Part shown: positions 12,246-35,200 of the stretch, piece after piece
Position numbering within the stretch: position 1 is the stretch's first letter
Layout of the letters: each line of letters opens with the position of its first letter
Assembly: GCF_964355755.1 (NCBI RefSeq)
Contig: NC_092672.1
Coordinates: forward strand, 30,882,437 to 30,946,436
Length of the DNA: 64,000 bases
Source: Antedon mediterranea
Lineage: Eukaryota > Animalia > Echinodermata
Direction: 5' to 3'
Program-made: the position numbers and the translations under genes
The notes under the pieces: generated by a model
Told to the model about the DNA's origin: nothing
The model's database searches: none
The model's input: the letters and a program-made list of their open reading frames with translations, nothing else

Positions 12246-13300
12246 CCTAACCCTAACCCTAACCCTAACCCTATAAATTATCCCAAATACATGAATTGTC
12301 CAAAATACGTCAAATTGAGGGCGCTATTTATTTCCAAAATACGCGATTTGTCCAAAATACGTCAATTTGCAATTTGGGACCGCTAGTAATTTTCCAAAAT
12401 ACGTCAACTTGAGGGCGGCAAACTTTTTTTCCAAAATACGAGAGCCTTTCCAAATGTATCATATTGAGAGTGTAAGGTAAAATTACAGTTTAATGTATTC
12501 AAAAAAAGTTTCTTGGAATAAAACAAACAAGTACATTTTAGTTATAAATGAAAGTATTAGAAGGCAGAATTTTTTGTAAATAAAATGTCATAGAGTAGCC
12601 AATTATTATTTTTCAATGTAATCATTTATTACTGAAAAACAACAAATATATGTGCCAACATCAATCAATAGACAGTGCCTATAATAATACGTTAATAATG
12701 TCTGAACGATGTACGATTGCATTGCCAGACGTAGCTAGTTTAAATGCGGCATAAACCGGCTACAAAACCAGCATGTACGTATATAGTATTTAAGTATAGT
12801 GATAGGTATGTGTTATATATTGGTGATCTACAAAATCGATATTTTTCCCGAGCTCGACAGACCAACATCGCTTTCAATTTAATGTACAGTACTTATGGTC
12901 TAATAAGTTACCTAATCTGAAATCTAACATAATAATTATTTCATATAATATATAATAATAAAAAGCATATGGTATTGTGATTAAAATAATAGCAATAATT
13001 AATTGGTTAGAAGAAGTAAAGGAGTTATTTAAATTGTGTATTTTGGAAAATGAATAGCGCTCTCAAGTTGACGTATTTTGGAAAATTACAAGCGGTTCCA
13101 AATTGACGTATTTTGGACAAATTGCGTATTTTGGAAAATGACTAGCGCCTTCAACTTGACGTATTTTGGACAATTCGCGTATTTTGGAAAATGAATAGCG
13201 CCCCCAAGTCGACGTATTTTGGAAAGACTCGCGTATTTTGGATTAGTATAGCGCCCTCAACTTGACGTATTTTGGAAAAAATTCTGCGTATTTTGGACTG
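12246..13300. mobile_element. Foldback-type element with inverted arrays of CCAAAATACG-containing repeats and an adjacent (TAACCC)4 tract
   Basis: Arm at 12280-12450 (TCCAAAATACGTCAA..GAGGGCGCTA) is inverted relative to the arm at about 13035-13300 (TAGCGCCCTCAACTTGACGTATTTTGGA). Confidence 0.65.
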
Positions 13301-13776
13301 AATTTCACCAACCCTATTGCATTACCTCACCTCCTTCCCCTTTCATTACAACTTACAATTGTGTTCTGTAGATTAATTCTGTAATCTCTTATATTTTTTT
13401 AAACTAACCTTTTTTTTGGTAATGTCATTTAATGGTATTTAATTTATTATAAAAATACATAACATAAGATTATTATTAACATAATAATGTTCTTAGTTTG
13501 TTTAAATATTGTTACTACTGTTAATATATGCCACTAAGACAAAATATTTGTTACTGATTTTTCTTTATTTTCCTTTTTTTTTTTAAATGCCCCTTTGGGC
13601 ATTGTCTAACGTGTACCACTGTTACAAAATGTCATCAAATAAATATTATTAACCAATTTCTGTCTGGAGTACATACTGTAGCATTCAATTTCATGACTTA
13701 TTACAACTAATTATGACAAATTATTATTTCAAAACAGTATTGCCTTCTTTCTTTCTTTCATTTCTGTTTGGCTGTA

Positions 13777-16700
13777 TTACATCGACTCTGCAAAAAAAGA
13801 TAGGTTATTTAAATATGGAGTCAAATTAATTTAAATTTTTCTTTTCTTATACTAAAAAAAATGTCTATGTCATGTTTTTTTCAATTTGCTTGTTTATTTA
13901 TAATATCATGTTTATGCATTCTTTACTCCATGGTTTATGTTTAAATTTATTTATAAATAACTAACAATAAAAATACCTTCTAGTAGAGAAACAGCTTGTT
14001 TTAGATCTTCAATAACAATATCAATATCTTCTTTAGTTGTATGACGGCCAGTACTGAGTCTCAATGCGGTTGATGCTATGTCCCATGGTATGCCAATGGA
14101 TAACAGAATGTGTGATGGTCTACGTAACAGAAATAATGGTGTTATGGGAAGAATCAGAGATACAAGGAAACAAATAGCGATATAGGAATAAAGACAATTT
14201 ATTTTGAATTTCAAAATGGTGAATTTTATTTTTTAAGGGGAATAAGTGATAGTAGTGATAAAATTATTTTGTAATCCATTTTTTTCTCAATTATTTTATT
14301 TCATAATTATTTACAGATACTCTGCAGATTACCGTCCCAAGTTTCACAAAATTTTCAGAACATCAGAAATATGTTTTTTTCACATTTGAAAAGCGCACCA
14401 TGATTGTGAATAACATCCAAGTGAACGTTTTTGTAATGCCATTGGGTTGAAAATTCTTATACGTTTTAAAACAATTTTTTTTTTGCCATTAGTTTGTGTA
14501 GAGGTTAGTAGCTTACTGGCAACGGTTTTCTGAATGGCAGGCTGCACCAACACTAGCTTCCAAGTGTTTTACACATTCTAAAATCTTGTAGCCTAGATGG
14601 ATAAAAAAATTATTATTTTAGGCCTAAATAAATTTAAAATAACATGTACTGTAGACTGCAGGTTTTGTTCAAAATTAACTTATTTTAGGCTTTTACTTTA
14701 AGGTTTTTTTAGGAAACATTAGGCTGTAGGAATGTTAATAATTGAAAGGATGTTAATTAAGCTATAGGCAAGTTAAAGGGCCTCAAAATGAGGCCGGTTA
14801 GAAGGCCTTTTATTAAACTAAAGCAAGTTAAGGGGGCTTTTAATTCAACATAAACTGTAGGCTTGTTGACAGGTTGTTGTTCATTGTACCTTTTAACTTA
14901 GGTCCTTTTATTGACACATTACATGTATTTGGTATTCTGTGACTTCCAGTAAATCGACCATTAAAATGTATTCTATCGTCAAACACATCCTTTTGAAAAA
15001 CAAAGACATTTATTTAGCATACTTGACCTCTTTACTTTATTTATCTTTAGTGACATGTTTTAACTAATACAATTGACTAATAAAAAAGAAATAATATAGA
15101 AATAGTGTAATAAGCACACAGGGATCTTCTCTCATATAATCTATACAAATTATATGCTCTGTGGTCTACTGGCCGGGTTTGATACACATCCTGCATGCTA
15201 GAGGGCACATGTTCAAGTCCCACTAGACACACTTTTCAGATATTTAAACACAAATTGGAAGATTTGTTGATTAGCCATGACTGCTACAATTATAATAATA
15301 CAATGATAATATTCTGAAAATATGAAATGTTTCTATTGTTTGTTTTCTTTTGTTATTAAATTAATAAAGGATATTATTAACCTTTTAACAATAAATGTAT
15401 CACTTACCTGTAGCCTTGATTCTAAATAATCTCTAATTTCTCTCATATGATTTTGGTATGATGGTAGGTGTTTAACAACAAGTTCTGCAGCCTGCAAAGA
15501 GTAAAACATTTTTAGATTTTTTGAGATACTGTACAATAAAATATTTTAGCATTGGAATTCAGTGGTGAAAATAAGGACTCCCCTACTACAATGCCCGGAG
15601 GATGTGTTTGTGGGTTAAAAGTGTTATTGAATGTATTTAGTTTTATTTACCTTGCCCAGTCCGGCAATCATCCCTGTATTTTCAGTTCTATAAAAGTACA
15701 ATCAAATAACTTTTTTTTATTGTTATTGATATAAAACTAGACTTATTACTTTAAAGGCTTTACTGTACTTATTTTGAATTCCCTTTACCATAACTTGTTG
15801 ATGACATATTTGTACACATCCTTAGTTTTATGGAATAAATTGATTTTGATTGATTGATATTGTTTTTTTTTCAATGATAAAAATCTGTCACCTTGAATTT
15901 TAATTACTTTTAAAGGGGGATTCTGGGTTTAAAATTGCTTTTAAATATCATTTATTTATTAAATAAAAAATATCATAACAATATAGACATGTCAGAATGA
16001 AGAAGTAATAACGAGAAATTTAAAAAAATTAATTTCATATACATTTTAGGGTAAATTCATGGAAAGTCTGTTTTTCAGCAGCTTAGGGAAGCTCATTAAT
16101 ATTCATGAGATATTCACAAAATCACGTCATCAGTGGATTCCAAACTCGCGACGTCATGTACGTTGTGTTTGTTAACTTCAAATCTCTCTCCCCTGTCAAC
16201 GACAACCACCCGATCATTGTGAAATACATTTTTTGTAGATTTTCTAAGCTAGGCCTAAAGTGTAATAATAACAGTAGTAGCATATATTTATTTGACATAA
16301 ATACAACATTTAGTAAAGATTACGGAGTCTTAAATTATATACTATTTTTATACCTCGAATAGTACAGATCGTATTATCGGCTTCACGTACTAGGCTAGGC
16401 CTAGCCTAAATCATTTGTTTTCATGGGTGAGAGCCATTCTGACTAGGGATTCCATGCCACGATGGCTACGTTAAAACATTGGGGCCCATCATGGGCCTAG
16501 CTAGCCTACTAAACGATTGGCCCATAAATAATAAAACTCGGTGGATTCCAAACCTATCCTATCAACCAAACTCCTAAACAATCTAAACCTAAAACATTCT
16601 ACAAAATCGGCTGTAAATATTGAGGCAAAAAAGGTACGATCGCCGTCCGCACGTATGGTGTCCCGATCGTCTAAAAGTAGGCCTAAAATAGGCCTAGTTT

Positions 16701-19700
16701 ACTCTCCAAAAAAAGCAGATACTGCATCAAGCAAGTAGACCAGGTAGTAGGAAGGAGACCTAGCCGATTCGGCCCAGTTAAAAATTGAGCTAGCTAGTGT
16801 AGTAGACCCTATGCGAATTGATACTACCAGGCCTTTTAATAAAGTATTATAGGCTTGTTAAAATTAGCAATATACTTATGTTTACAAATATTCCAACTCT
16901 CTCATTCGAGCTATATTATCTATACCATTCCGGTAGGTCGAGTCGACCTTCAACCAAATACTGTACATTGTTCATGTTGTGATTATAGACGGGGTATACT
17001 CGACCCGACCAGTTTGGTATTGTATACTGTATCTGCTTATCACGTGACATGCCAGGCATGGGCAGGTAGAGCACGTGTATCGTCGTCTCGCTCTCCTCGC
17101 TCAGCAGGAATGCATACGTTACGCTTCATTGATTTTGAAGGCTTTCCCTAAGTCAGTGCAAAAATCGGCAAACGTAAAGTGCAAACATATCTAATTTTTC
17201 ACTGTTTTGATGAATTTTCATAGAAAATTGACTTTATAAATGGGAAGACCAACTAAAATTACATAAGATAAGTATAATTTCACAAAAGTAATTAATATGG
17301 TTAATGATAACGAGTCGTCGGAACTTTGACCATTTCACGAATTTCCTATTTTGTAACCACAGTGTGATTTTGCCGTAGCTGCACTTGTAATCTGGCCTGA
17401 TTTCACAGCCTTCGTTCTGCTTCACTGGGCGCTTATATAAATTGAAACTTTTACCGTTCAAGAGACAAACAAATATATTTTACATTTTTTACTATTCATT
17501 TTAAACCCGGAACCCCCCTTTAATTTTACACTTCTTGTCTGTACCCTTACACCAATAAATATTTTTGAATCGTTACACACATCTCTGTATGAAGTAACAT
17601 AAAGCGCTTTTCGATCTGCAAAAGTAATCTCGAAAAGAAGCCCATCTCGAAATGAAGCGCACCCAAGAGAACTAAAGAAGAAGAAGCCCATGGGCTTCTT
17701 TTCAAGGTTTTACGGTATTACTAATATTAGTGGGGTAAACAATAAAAGGAGAATTCTTAAGATTGATATGCACAGTACTTTTTCTAGGCAGTATAATTCT
17801 TGAAACAGTTCTCAATTTCCACAGGCAATGATATACTTACCCTGGTCTGAAGTTTCTCTCTTGCCCACCACCAAAAAACATCGGATGCAATGGAGTGTCT
17901 TTACCGGGACCTCTGACATATAAAGCCCCAATTCTTGGTCCATAAAACTATTACAATAAAGAAAATGATTAATATGACAACATGGTGCAAAATGTCATTA
18001 GTTTTTTTAGATTTATTTGGACGAATCAAAAGAAAACAGCAGCTTTCATTTTCATTAAGTAATTTAAATATACTTAACATTCTATCAAAAAAAAGAATGT
18101 AAAGAAGTAAATACTTTGTAAATTGTATTAATGATTAATGTTTAGTAATTCTGAAAACAAATACTAAAGGAATGCTAATGTTTGCTAACGGTATGATACT
18201 AGAGTTTAAAATTATGATATTAATGAGCGAAAAACAGAAAATGTTTAAGTAATGAAACATTGAATGAATAAAGGTATTGGTGAACCACAAAAGATGAAAC
18301 ATAAAGTAATACTAATTAATGATGCATTAATTTGGGTTTTGTTTTTAAACACAAAACACTTTTTGTATCCAAGCAATTGCACAGAATAGAAACGAATGGA
18401 GAAATCTTGTGAGGTGAATTTCCAAGGCAGCCCAGATGGAGAAGTTAATGAACCTCTCAGCAACGATGTAAAGTAAGTTAGTAAAGTAACGAAAATGTTT
18501 TACATTATTCTTATTAATTAATTAATATCTCTAACATGTTAATTCACTGACTTACTTTATGGCCTACAATAGTAAGATAGTCAACCTCAAGTTCTTGCAC
18601 GTCGACTGGAATTTTTCCAATAGCTTGGGCTGCATCAGTATGCAGTAGTATCTGTTTCACCTCGTCTTTCTCATTTCTTGTTATGGATTTCACACGCTTG
18701 CTAATTTCTGAAATTGGCTTAAAAAATATTTGGAACAAATTAATATTGACTATCTTAAATAAGCGGTAAGTGATCAATTAGAACCTATAAACACTGCCCT
18801 CACTCTGATTACATACTTAGCAAAAATCATCTAAAACTTTGTTTTCAAAATGATTTTCAAATAATCTTAAGCAATTTTTTTTTTCAATCTTGGAAGAGGA
18901 AATCAATTTTTGCTTAACAATAAAAATAAATGGTTTGATAATATTATAGCCTCAGTTTTTCATTTAAGCACTTAACTAGTTTGACTGAAGCAAAAAGATT
19001 GATAAATGCCAGTCTTAAGTAATTAAGAAACATTATACTATACAAGGAATTGAATAGGTACTTGTATTATTCCAGTTTCATTGTTAGCCATCATTATTGT
19101 GATTAAACATGTTGTTGGGCGAATAGCTGCTATGACATCATCAACATTCACCATGCCTGTGAGTTTGGATGCTGAAATATATGTCACATCTGGAATGAAC
19201 AAAAAACAAACATTACAGTAAGACATAACTGTTCATCAATAAATTAAAAATGTTAATTTTGCATAAATTATTATGCTGCATAAATTATCATATATATAAA
19301 TTATTGTGATATGCATAAATTATTATGCATGAATTATTATATGCATGAATTATTATATGCATAAATTATTATGATATGCATAAATTATTATTATATTATG
19401 CATAAATTATTGTGATTTTTTGCATAAATTATTATATGCATAAATGATTGTGATTTGCATAAATTATTGTGATATGAATAATATTAGGTTATTCATAAAT
19501 AATTATGATATGCATAAATTATTATGCTGTGAATAAATAATTATGATATGCAAAAATGCAGTATGTATAAATTGTGATATGCATAAATTATTCATGAAAC
19601 AACTTCCTACCAATTATGCCTTCTTTGACGAAATGCTCAAGTGGTAACTTCACAGAATCATGTTCCATATTCGAGGTGATAATATGTGGTCTTGATTGGA

Positions 19701-20751
19701 CTGTTCCATTATCAACTGAAGGGAAAACGTCTTTAAAGTATTTCAGTACTGTATGGAAAACCATGTTATTCGCCTGAAAAAAATGGTTGATATGAGTAAA
19801 AAAAACTTCTTTTTATGATGTATAATTAAATTTTCATCCTTCTCAATTATTTCTGGATATGAGTATAGGTATTTTTAGTTCTCGATTTGGTACAATGGGC
19901 TATGGTTTGCAATTTTTGTAACTCTTATCGTTTTTTCGTTTGTAGGCTGGGCCTAAACATATTTTCAAATGTTTCATACTTCTGTTCCTCCTGATGTGAA
20001 AATGATGTCATCACTCTGACCGCCAACCATTTCTGCAACATGTGATCTTGCAGTGTTTATAATTTCTTTTGCATCTTTCCCTTGTCCAAAAAAAATACAT
20101 ATTTAAGATAAGGACAATACAATTTTTTTTTTTTTTAAATAGAAATTGCACTCATGCATGCTGCAATGTCTACAACAAAAAAATAATTTTTGGGAAGAGT
20201 CAGTTGTGTCAACATTTAATCAATCAAATTTGCACCAAGTTATAAATTATTTGAGAAATATGTACATTCACAACCAACCTGCTTTATATGAACTACTTGG
20301 GTTTCCCCAGGCTGTTTCCAAGGCCCTGTGGATTTCTTGCAAAACGTCTGCCTCAAGATAAGTTGTTGCATTGTAGTCGAGATACACTCTGAAAAAAAGT
20401 ATAGACATATTTAGAAAGGGTCGAGCGAGTTCTTTCTGATCTTCAGCTCCACTTTTGTAAGAGAGTTTGTTTGTTCATCTCAGATTTCCATTACATCCTG
20501 GAACGCCCTGAAACAGTAAATTAAGAAACGGTAAATTGTGATACCTTTGGCGCGCCATACATTGACGTTCCATACCCAGTAAACCAAAAATTAGCATGAT
20601 CAATAATATTAATAACCATATCCTCCAGAATACGTTATTTATTGGCCGTATTTTAGTACCAGGCCCCGCCTTGGCTATACTATTTACAATTGCTAGAAAA
20701 TATATGTGAAGTAACCTAAGCCTACCGTCGTAAAATCTCTAAATTGGACAT
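13777..20751 (-). CDS. SCLY: Selenocysteine lyase (class-V PLP enzyme), multi-exon
   Basis: Spliced exons: 20279-20388 ([15 protein letters not shown]), 19980-20080 (IIFTSGGTE), 19611-19773 (EHDSVK), about 19062-19189 (MANNETG), about 18556-18717 ([15 protein letters not shown]), about 17841-17948 ([18 protein letters not shown]), about 15651-15688 (TENT), about 15409-15492, about 14890-14989, about 14518-14592 (ASVGAACHS, catalytic Cys), about 13977-14119 (ALRLSTGR) and an optional last micro-exon with stop at 13777. The first exon is either 20726-20751 or 20545-20573; both are phase-compatible. The EHDS Asp and GAACHS fit SCLY rather than NFS1. Confidence 0.93.
15914..17519. mobile_element. 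Non-autonomous Kolobok-like DNA transposon in an SCLY intron
   Basis: TIRs AGGGGGATTCTGGGTTTAAAAT and ATTTTAAACCCGGAACCCCCCT, each flanked by TTAA. Purine-purine termini with a TTAA TSD fit Kolobok. No transposase ORF. Confidence 0.75.
19260..19592. repeat. Degenerate (ATGCATAAATTATT)n minisatellite in an SCLY intron
   Basis: Many imperfect GCATAAATTATT units are visible. Confidence 0.8.
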
Positions 20752-21001
20752 GGTTCCAAAAAATCACCTCAGAGAGTGCTTAACCATGCTTAACCTAGCC
20801 AAAAAAATACGCAATGTTTATAATTATTATTGGATATTTACACGACTGCAGTATCTATAATTGTAATTGTTTCTTTTAGATAACTTATCTAGATTAAATA
20901 TTCTAAGCATCCGGACGTCGGTAATATAGACTTAGTTGAGTACACTTGCGACACACGAGATACCACGTTTTTAAAGTCAGTGGCCTCCTTTTAAATTTTA
21001 A
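20752..21001. promoter_or_regulatory. Probable bidirectional promoter shared by SCLY and NOP2
   Basis: Divergent start codons are only about 250 bp apart (about 430 bp if the SCLY start is 20573). Confidence 0.6.
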
Positions 21002-30126
<9,125 letters not shown>

Positions 30127-30864
30127 AGTATTTTTAGAGGGAAAATTACAAAGCATTTAAAACCATGAAAAAATCATGTCATACTTAAAGTTCCCTTTTC
30201 AATGAAAAAAAAATATGAAGAAAAAAATCAAGATTATTCTCTACTTGTTTAATAGCAAGAAGGTGCGTGTTCTGAGAAGCCAAAATCAGGCTCTCAGTTT
30301 ACATAATGGAATTCTTGCACAACTCTTTAATTATTTTCGTTCGTATACAAACACATAGTAACCACTGCAATAGAACCTCCATTAAGGGGACATCTTCTGG
30401 ACCAAAACAAAATTTTTCCCCTTAATACAGTACGAGTGTTTCCCCTAATAAACAGAAATGGGAAGCTCCGTATTGTAGAATTTGGAGAGTCACTGTGCAT
30501 AGAAAAAAAAAATGCTTCAGATTCATTTTACGTGTTACTTGTTGCTAACCTTGTTCAAAGGCCAATTTACACAGACGAGTAAGTAACGGTAAGCAGAAAA
30601 TATAGAATCTATGTTGTGTCTTATGACCATTTTAAGCTCTGTCTACACTATCAAATTTGTAAAAAAACGTGATGTGCTCATATGGACACGATGACATCAT
30701 ATCTCTACCATAGTTGGGCACATCATATTTACAAACAACGTGGTGGAAACCGGCTGATGATAGATACAGATTCTACGTGGGACAAGAACGTGGGTTTGCA
30801 CATAACGTTACTGCTCGTCTGTGTAAATATGCAAATGTGTGTACTTGATATGATTATTAGCAGG

Positions 30865-31232
30865 GGTTTTTTTTTTTAACAAAAGTCAACTACTAATGTC
30901 ACTGAATAGCATTTTATGGTTTTAAAGGTTATTCAATTTTAAAATTTTGGTTAGATATTCACGTAATATACTTGAATAAAGTACTGTATTACTAAGTAAT
31001 GTGCATGTTATTTTCTCTATTTAACTCTATCCACAATATCTACATAATTGATTTTGTAGGGTTTTATTAACAAAAGTCAACTACTAATGTCACTGACCAG
31101 GATTTTGTTGTCATTCAATTTTAACAATTTTGTTAGATATGTCACGTAATTTACTTCATTAAAGTATTCCCAAATAATGTGCATGCTATTTTCTATATTT
31201 GGCTCTATCCACAATATCTACATAATTGATTT
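30865..31232 (+). repeat. Tandem duplication (~190 bp x2) containing candidate NOP2 poly(A) signals
   Basis: AACAAAAGTCAACTACTAATGTCACTGA at 30878 and 31068. AATAAA at about 30975 and ATTAAA at about 31159 occupy equivalent positions. Confidence 0.75.
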
Positions 31233-32272
31233 GTTTTACTATTTGCTTTATTGTCAATGCATGCCATTGAACATTCAGGAGATAAATTGATATGTTGAAG
31301 TCTTTAACAATGCGCATACAGGATGGGATTTTTTTCCTCGTATGTATCACGAAATATTCATTATTTTCTGTGTGGAAGAATTAAATAAAGCCGCCCTACA
31401 TAACCTAGCCCTCTAGATAATCTCTATATATATATAAATTAAAAAGAAGTTGCCTATGGGATTCGAACCCCATACTGTATATTGGCAAGCAAAGCCGAAT
31501 TGTAGTCTGGTCAATTCTTACGTCACACCTAATGCATATTCACTAAGGTAGCAGAATATAACTATGAATAATTCATGTTTTCTACGAAACGTATATTAAA
31601 AAGCAGGATATAGCATTGATCGTCATAAGCATGGGAAACGGTCAATTAAGCGCTTCGTACCATTGCCACTCGAATACGCGCTCATAAATTTCGCGCTCAG
31701 CTGCGGTCAGTATGTTATGTAATAGTCAATATTATAGCATTGTTACGCTAGGTCAATGGTATCAGAGTGACAAAAACAAAATCAATTTATATAAGGCTAG
31801 CTTCCGCAGATTTTGTCCCCACTATGAAAAATAGCGTCGGTAGCCAGTTAGCCTAACGATATATTCAGTGCCGCGTATGGTTTACTATACAACTTCTATC
31901 ACGGCGTCTACATTAATTTAAAATCTACATTGGTTAATAGGAAATTTCTTGAAAGGTTTGGTTCTCATAGACGTAATGTAGCGACAGTTCCGATGACATA
32001 TCACTTCGTGATTGGTCAAATTACTAAAGGCGGGCGTAGTATCCAAGTGGGAAACAACATTGGTTCCCACTAGGACGAGTAAGCGAGTTGACCAATCACA
32101 AGCGCCAGGAAACCCGCTTGCGTCACGTTTAAAGGAAAGTTAAAACTCAACACCAACATTGTTTTCTTTCAAACATTCCTATTTTGTTTTACCTTTAGCT
32201 ACAATAAATAATCTACACAATTTTAAATGTGAGACGATAAGAAAGAAACTCATGACAATTCACTCCCTCCGT

Positions 32273-35200
32273 CTATCCAGTGCTTGTTCTTCGCAGTTTC
32301 ATACTTGCCCGATAATATCGTGTAAAGTGACGGTCTACTTGTCCCATCCATATGATGCCAAAAGCAACTTGGTCGACGTCATCAAATTTACCTATTAGGT
32401 GAATCTCAAAGCACGTCTTAAACCACCATGCACCAGTAAACTTCACTGCACAATCGTAGACACCTCCGTCATTGTTTTGGTCTTTGGTTGAAAACTTCAT
32501 TCCCTTGTGATAGGTCAGAGAGTCGCCTACAGAAGGAATATTTGACGTACTTACTTAAGGCCAACTCGGACAGCATCGTACGCGACGATGAAGCCCAACG
32601 AAACGTCTTAACTCGTCGGTCTGAGATGAATCCTGACGAAACAAGTCGTCTTGAGTGTAGTTTTTATGTCGTCTCTGGAGAACTTGAAACATGTACGACT
32701 CGTCGGGCCTCTTCGTACGACGCTATCTGTGTTGGCGTTTAGTCTACAACAATTAATAATAATAATAATTACTCAAGTTAGTGGTAGTAAAAAGAGGCTT
32801 TTTATTTAAGTTTTAAAAATGGTTTTAGATTTACTTATACTGCAATAGGATTCGAATTGATTAGCTGCTATTTTCTACAGGTCTTTACACAGTTTTGTGC
32901 ATCAATGTTTTAACTCCACCACGTATATACAAAAACAGTTTTTTTGTACCCAACTTACCCGTCTTGGCGGTTAAAAATTTCTTCCTATTGTAGCCTACAA
33001 TTGCTCCAATCGTTATACCACCATCAAGGAAAATAAAAATTATGTTTTCCACAATTGTACTATACTCAATGCTTTGTGGCGGTTGTTGAATGTCGTCGGC
33101 GGTCCTTTATCGTATGTCGTTCGAATTTTGTCCGCAAAAATCTGCGTATATATTCTGGACAGTATGATTTATTTTGTTCGAGTAATAAAACAAGGATTTT
33201 AAGAAAAGCTGTGTCAATAGGGCCTAAATGGGATATTTTTTTTTTTTTTAGTTTTTAATTCAAATCATAAATGAGACAGGCAGGCAGTAGCAATTACTTG
33301 GCGGATTCCATACATACCCTTGGTGCCGTTTATATAAGAAGAAAAGTCCATCACGTATTTTTTATCCTCGGATCCAACAGTGAAGTCAGAGAACACAGCA
33401 AACCCTCCCTCGTCCCCAATATCAATCCGCAGATCATACGTATCCGATGACGTCAGTTGATGGAGGTATTCGTTTCCCAACCAGTATTCACCGCAAACTT
33501 CACCAAAACCGTTTTTATAATCTTTCCAATTACGATAGAAATCAACGGATCCGTCTTTCCGATTCTGGAAAACCTGTTATTGATTTAATTACGATAAAAA
33601 CATTATTATAAGTATGATTGAAAAAAAGAAGTATGGAATTAAACTTGCCTACATGGCACATAGGCCTACTTGTTGTTTCTTTTAAATTAGATACTTATAT
33701 ACCAGCCAAAAAAAAGAATTGTATTTTTAATTACCATCCATCCGCCACCATCAATCTCCATATCACAAAACACTTCTTTAATCTCGCACGATTCACACGC
33801 CTTGAACACATAGACACCGCTTTGTGCTGTTGGTAACACACTCTTTACTTCTGTACAATCACGATGCTAGTGAGAAAAAAATTTGTGAGGCGGTTTATCG
33901 TTTTGGATTAGTCATTGTTAAAAGGTTGTCTAGTAATAGTAGTAATAGTAGACGTATACCAATAGTGACATCTCTAATACTCGACTACATACTGCTAATA
34001 AACCAGGCCTCTCAACTCTTCCAATAATGGCAGGTGAGAGAGTCTCCCGATATGTCGCATCCTCTCCCGATAAAATTCAACTTCTTCCCATTTTTAGAAT
34101 TAAAGCCAAACAAAAAAAATCTGTATGTATAAATATGCCTATAACTAGGAGTAAGAATCGGTTTCATGCATTTTTTAATAAGTTTTAATATTATTATATG
34201 CCACTTTACTTATGTTTTATTTTATAACGCCCTCTTTTGTTTGATGAATTATAACAACTCGCTTTTCGCTATTTCATTTTTTCCAAGTTGAGAGGTCTAC
34301 AAAACATTATTTTTTATCTTGCGAATAGAATATTGTCCGAACATTGTCAGATAGGTCAATACTGAAAGTCTAAAGTTCATTTTTTATCTATTTTCAATCA
34401 TCGACCATTAAGAAAAGATATCATCACATTTTTTTGTCGTCCAATATTATGATTGCCAATCTCTACCCTGCTTGATAGCTTAAAAACCATATCGGTATTA
34501 TAACTCCTCCTCTCCTTCTTTTCCTACACGCTTCAACTTACATGGATAACGGATAAGGCGACTGTCATTGGACAATATCCTTCCGGGCGTTTGTACTTCA
34601 CATCATCTGCGTATAACCTGCAGGTGCGACTTGTTGCATCATACACCACGTGACTACAAGTTTTTGCAAAGCTGTGACATCGTTTTACACATGCAATCCT
34701 CGTCTTTACGTAAGACCACTCCAATACGGAATCATACGAATATATGTCAAGCTCTGTAGAATATGTCTGCAGATACCGTAAACATTTAGGTCCTGAAGTT
34801 ATGACAAACAAGATCAGAAATATATTATAACAATATAGGCTGTTCTGCCAGTGGAAGAACAGTATGAAATGAAATTGTGTTTATTATACTAAGGGTGCAA
34901 TTCATATTTCATTCTTAATCTTTTTTAATGATGAAGATTTAATACTTTATGTACACATGAAGATTATACGTTTTGTTGAAAGCGTTGCATTCTCTTTAAA
35001 TGGACCTGAAACGGATATTTTATTCTCTGAAAATGCCATACATTTTGTTTTTATTTGTATTGACTTATATTAATTTTATACATTCAAATAACATGTGTGA
35101 ATTTTTCATTTTAGGTCCATTTTAAGTAAACAAAATAGTAGATAGTGTAGTACTACTACACTCTGCCGTTGTAGATTAATATATATGTATATAATGTATA

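Noticed and set aside
15150-15240. tRNA-like sequences (also about 22560-22640 and 31440-31480)
   Set aside because: Only degenerate B-box-like motifs (GTTCAAGTCC, GTTCGAATCC) without a cloverleaf; likely SINE remnants.
20400-20507. Possible UGA-containing 'selenium-sensing' exon in SCLY intron 1
   Set aside because: An acceptor-like TTTCAG is followed by an in-frame TGA, but no phase-compatible donor returns to exon 2 and nothing else supports it.
13777-20751. Cysteine desulfurase NFS1, or a selenoprotein with a SECIS
   Set aside because: EHDS and GAACHS motifs fit SCLY. There is no in-frame TGA in the modelled CDS, and no convincing SECIS was seen by eye.
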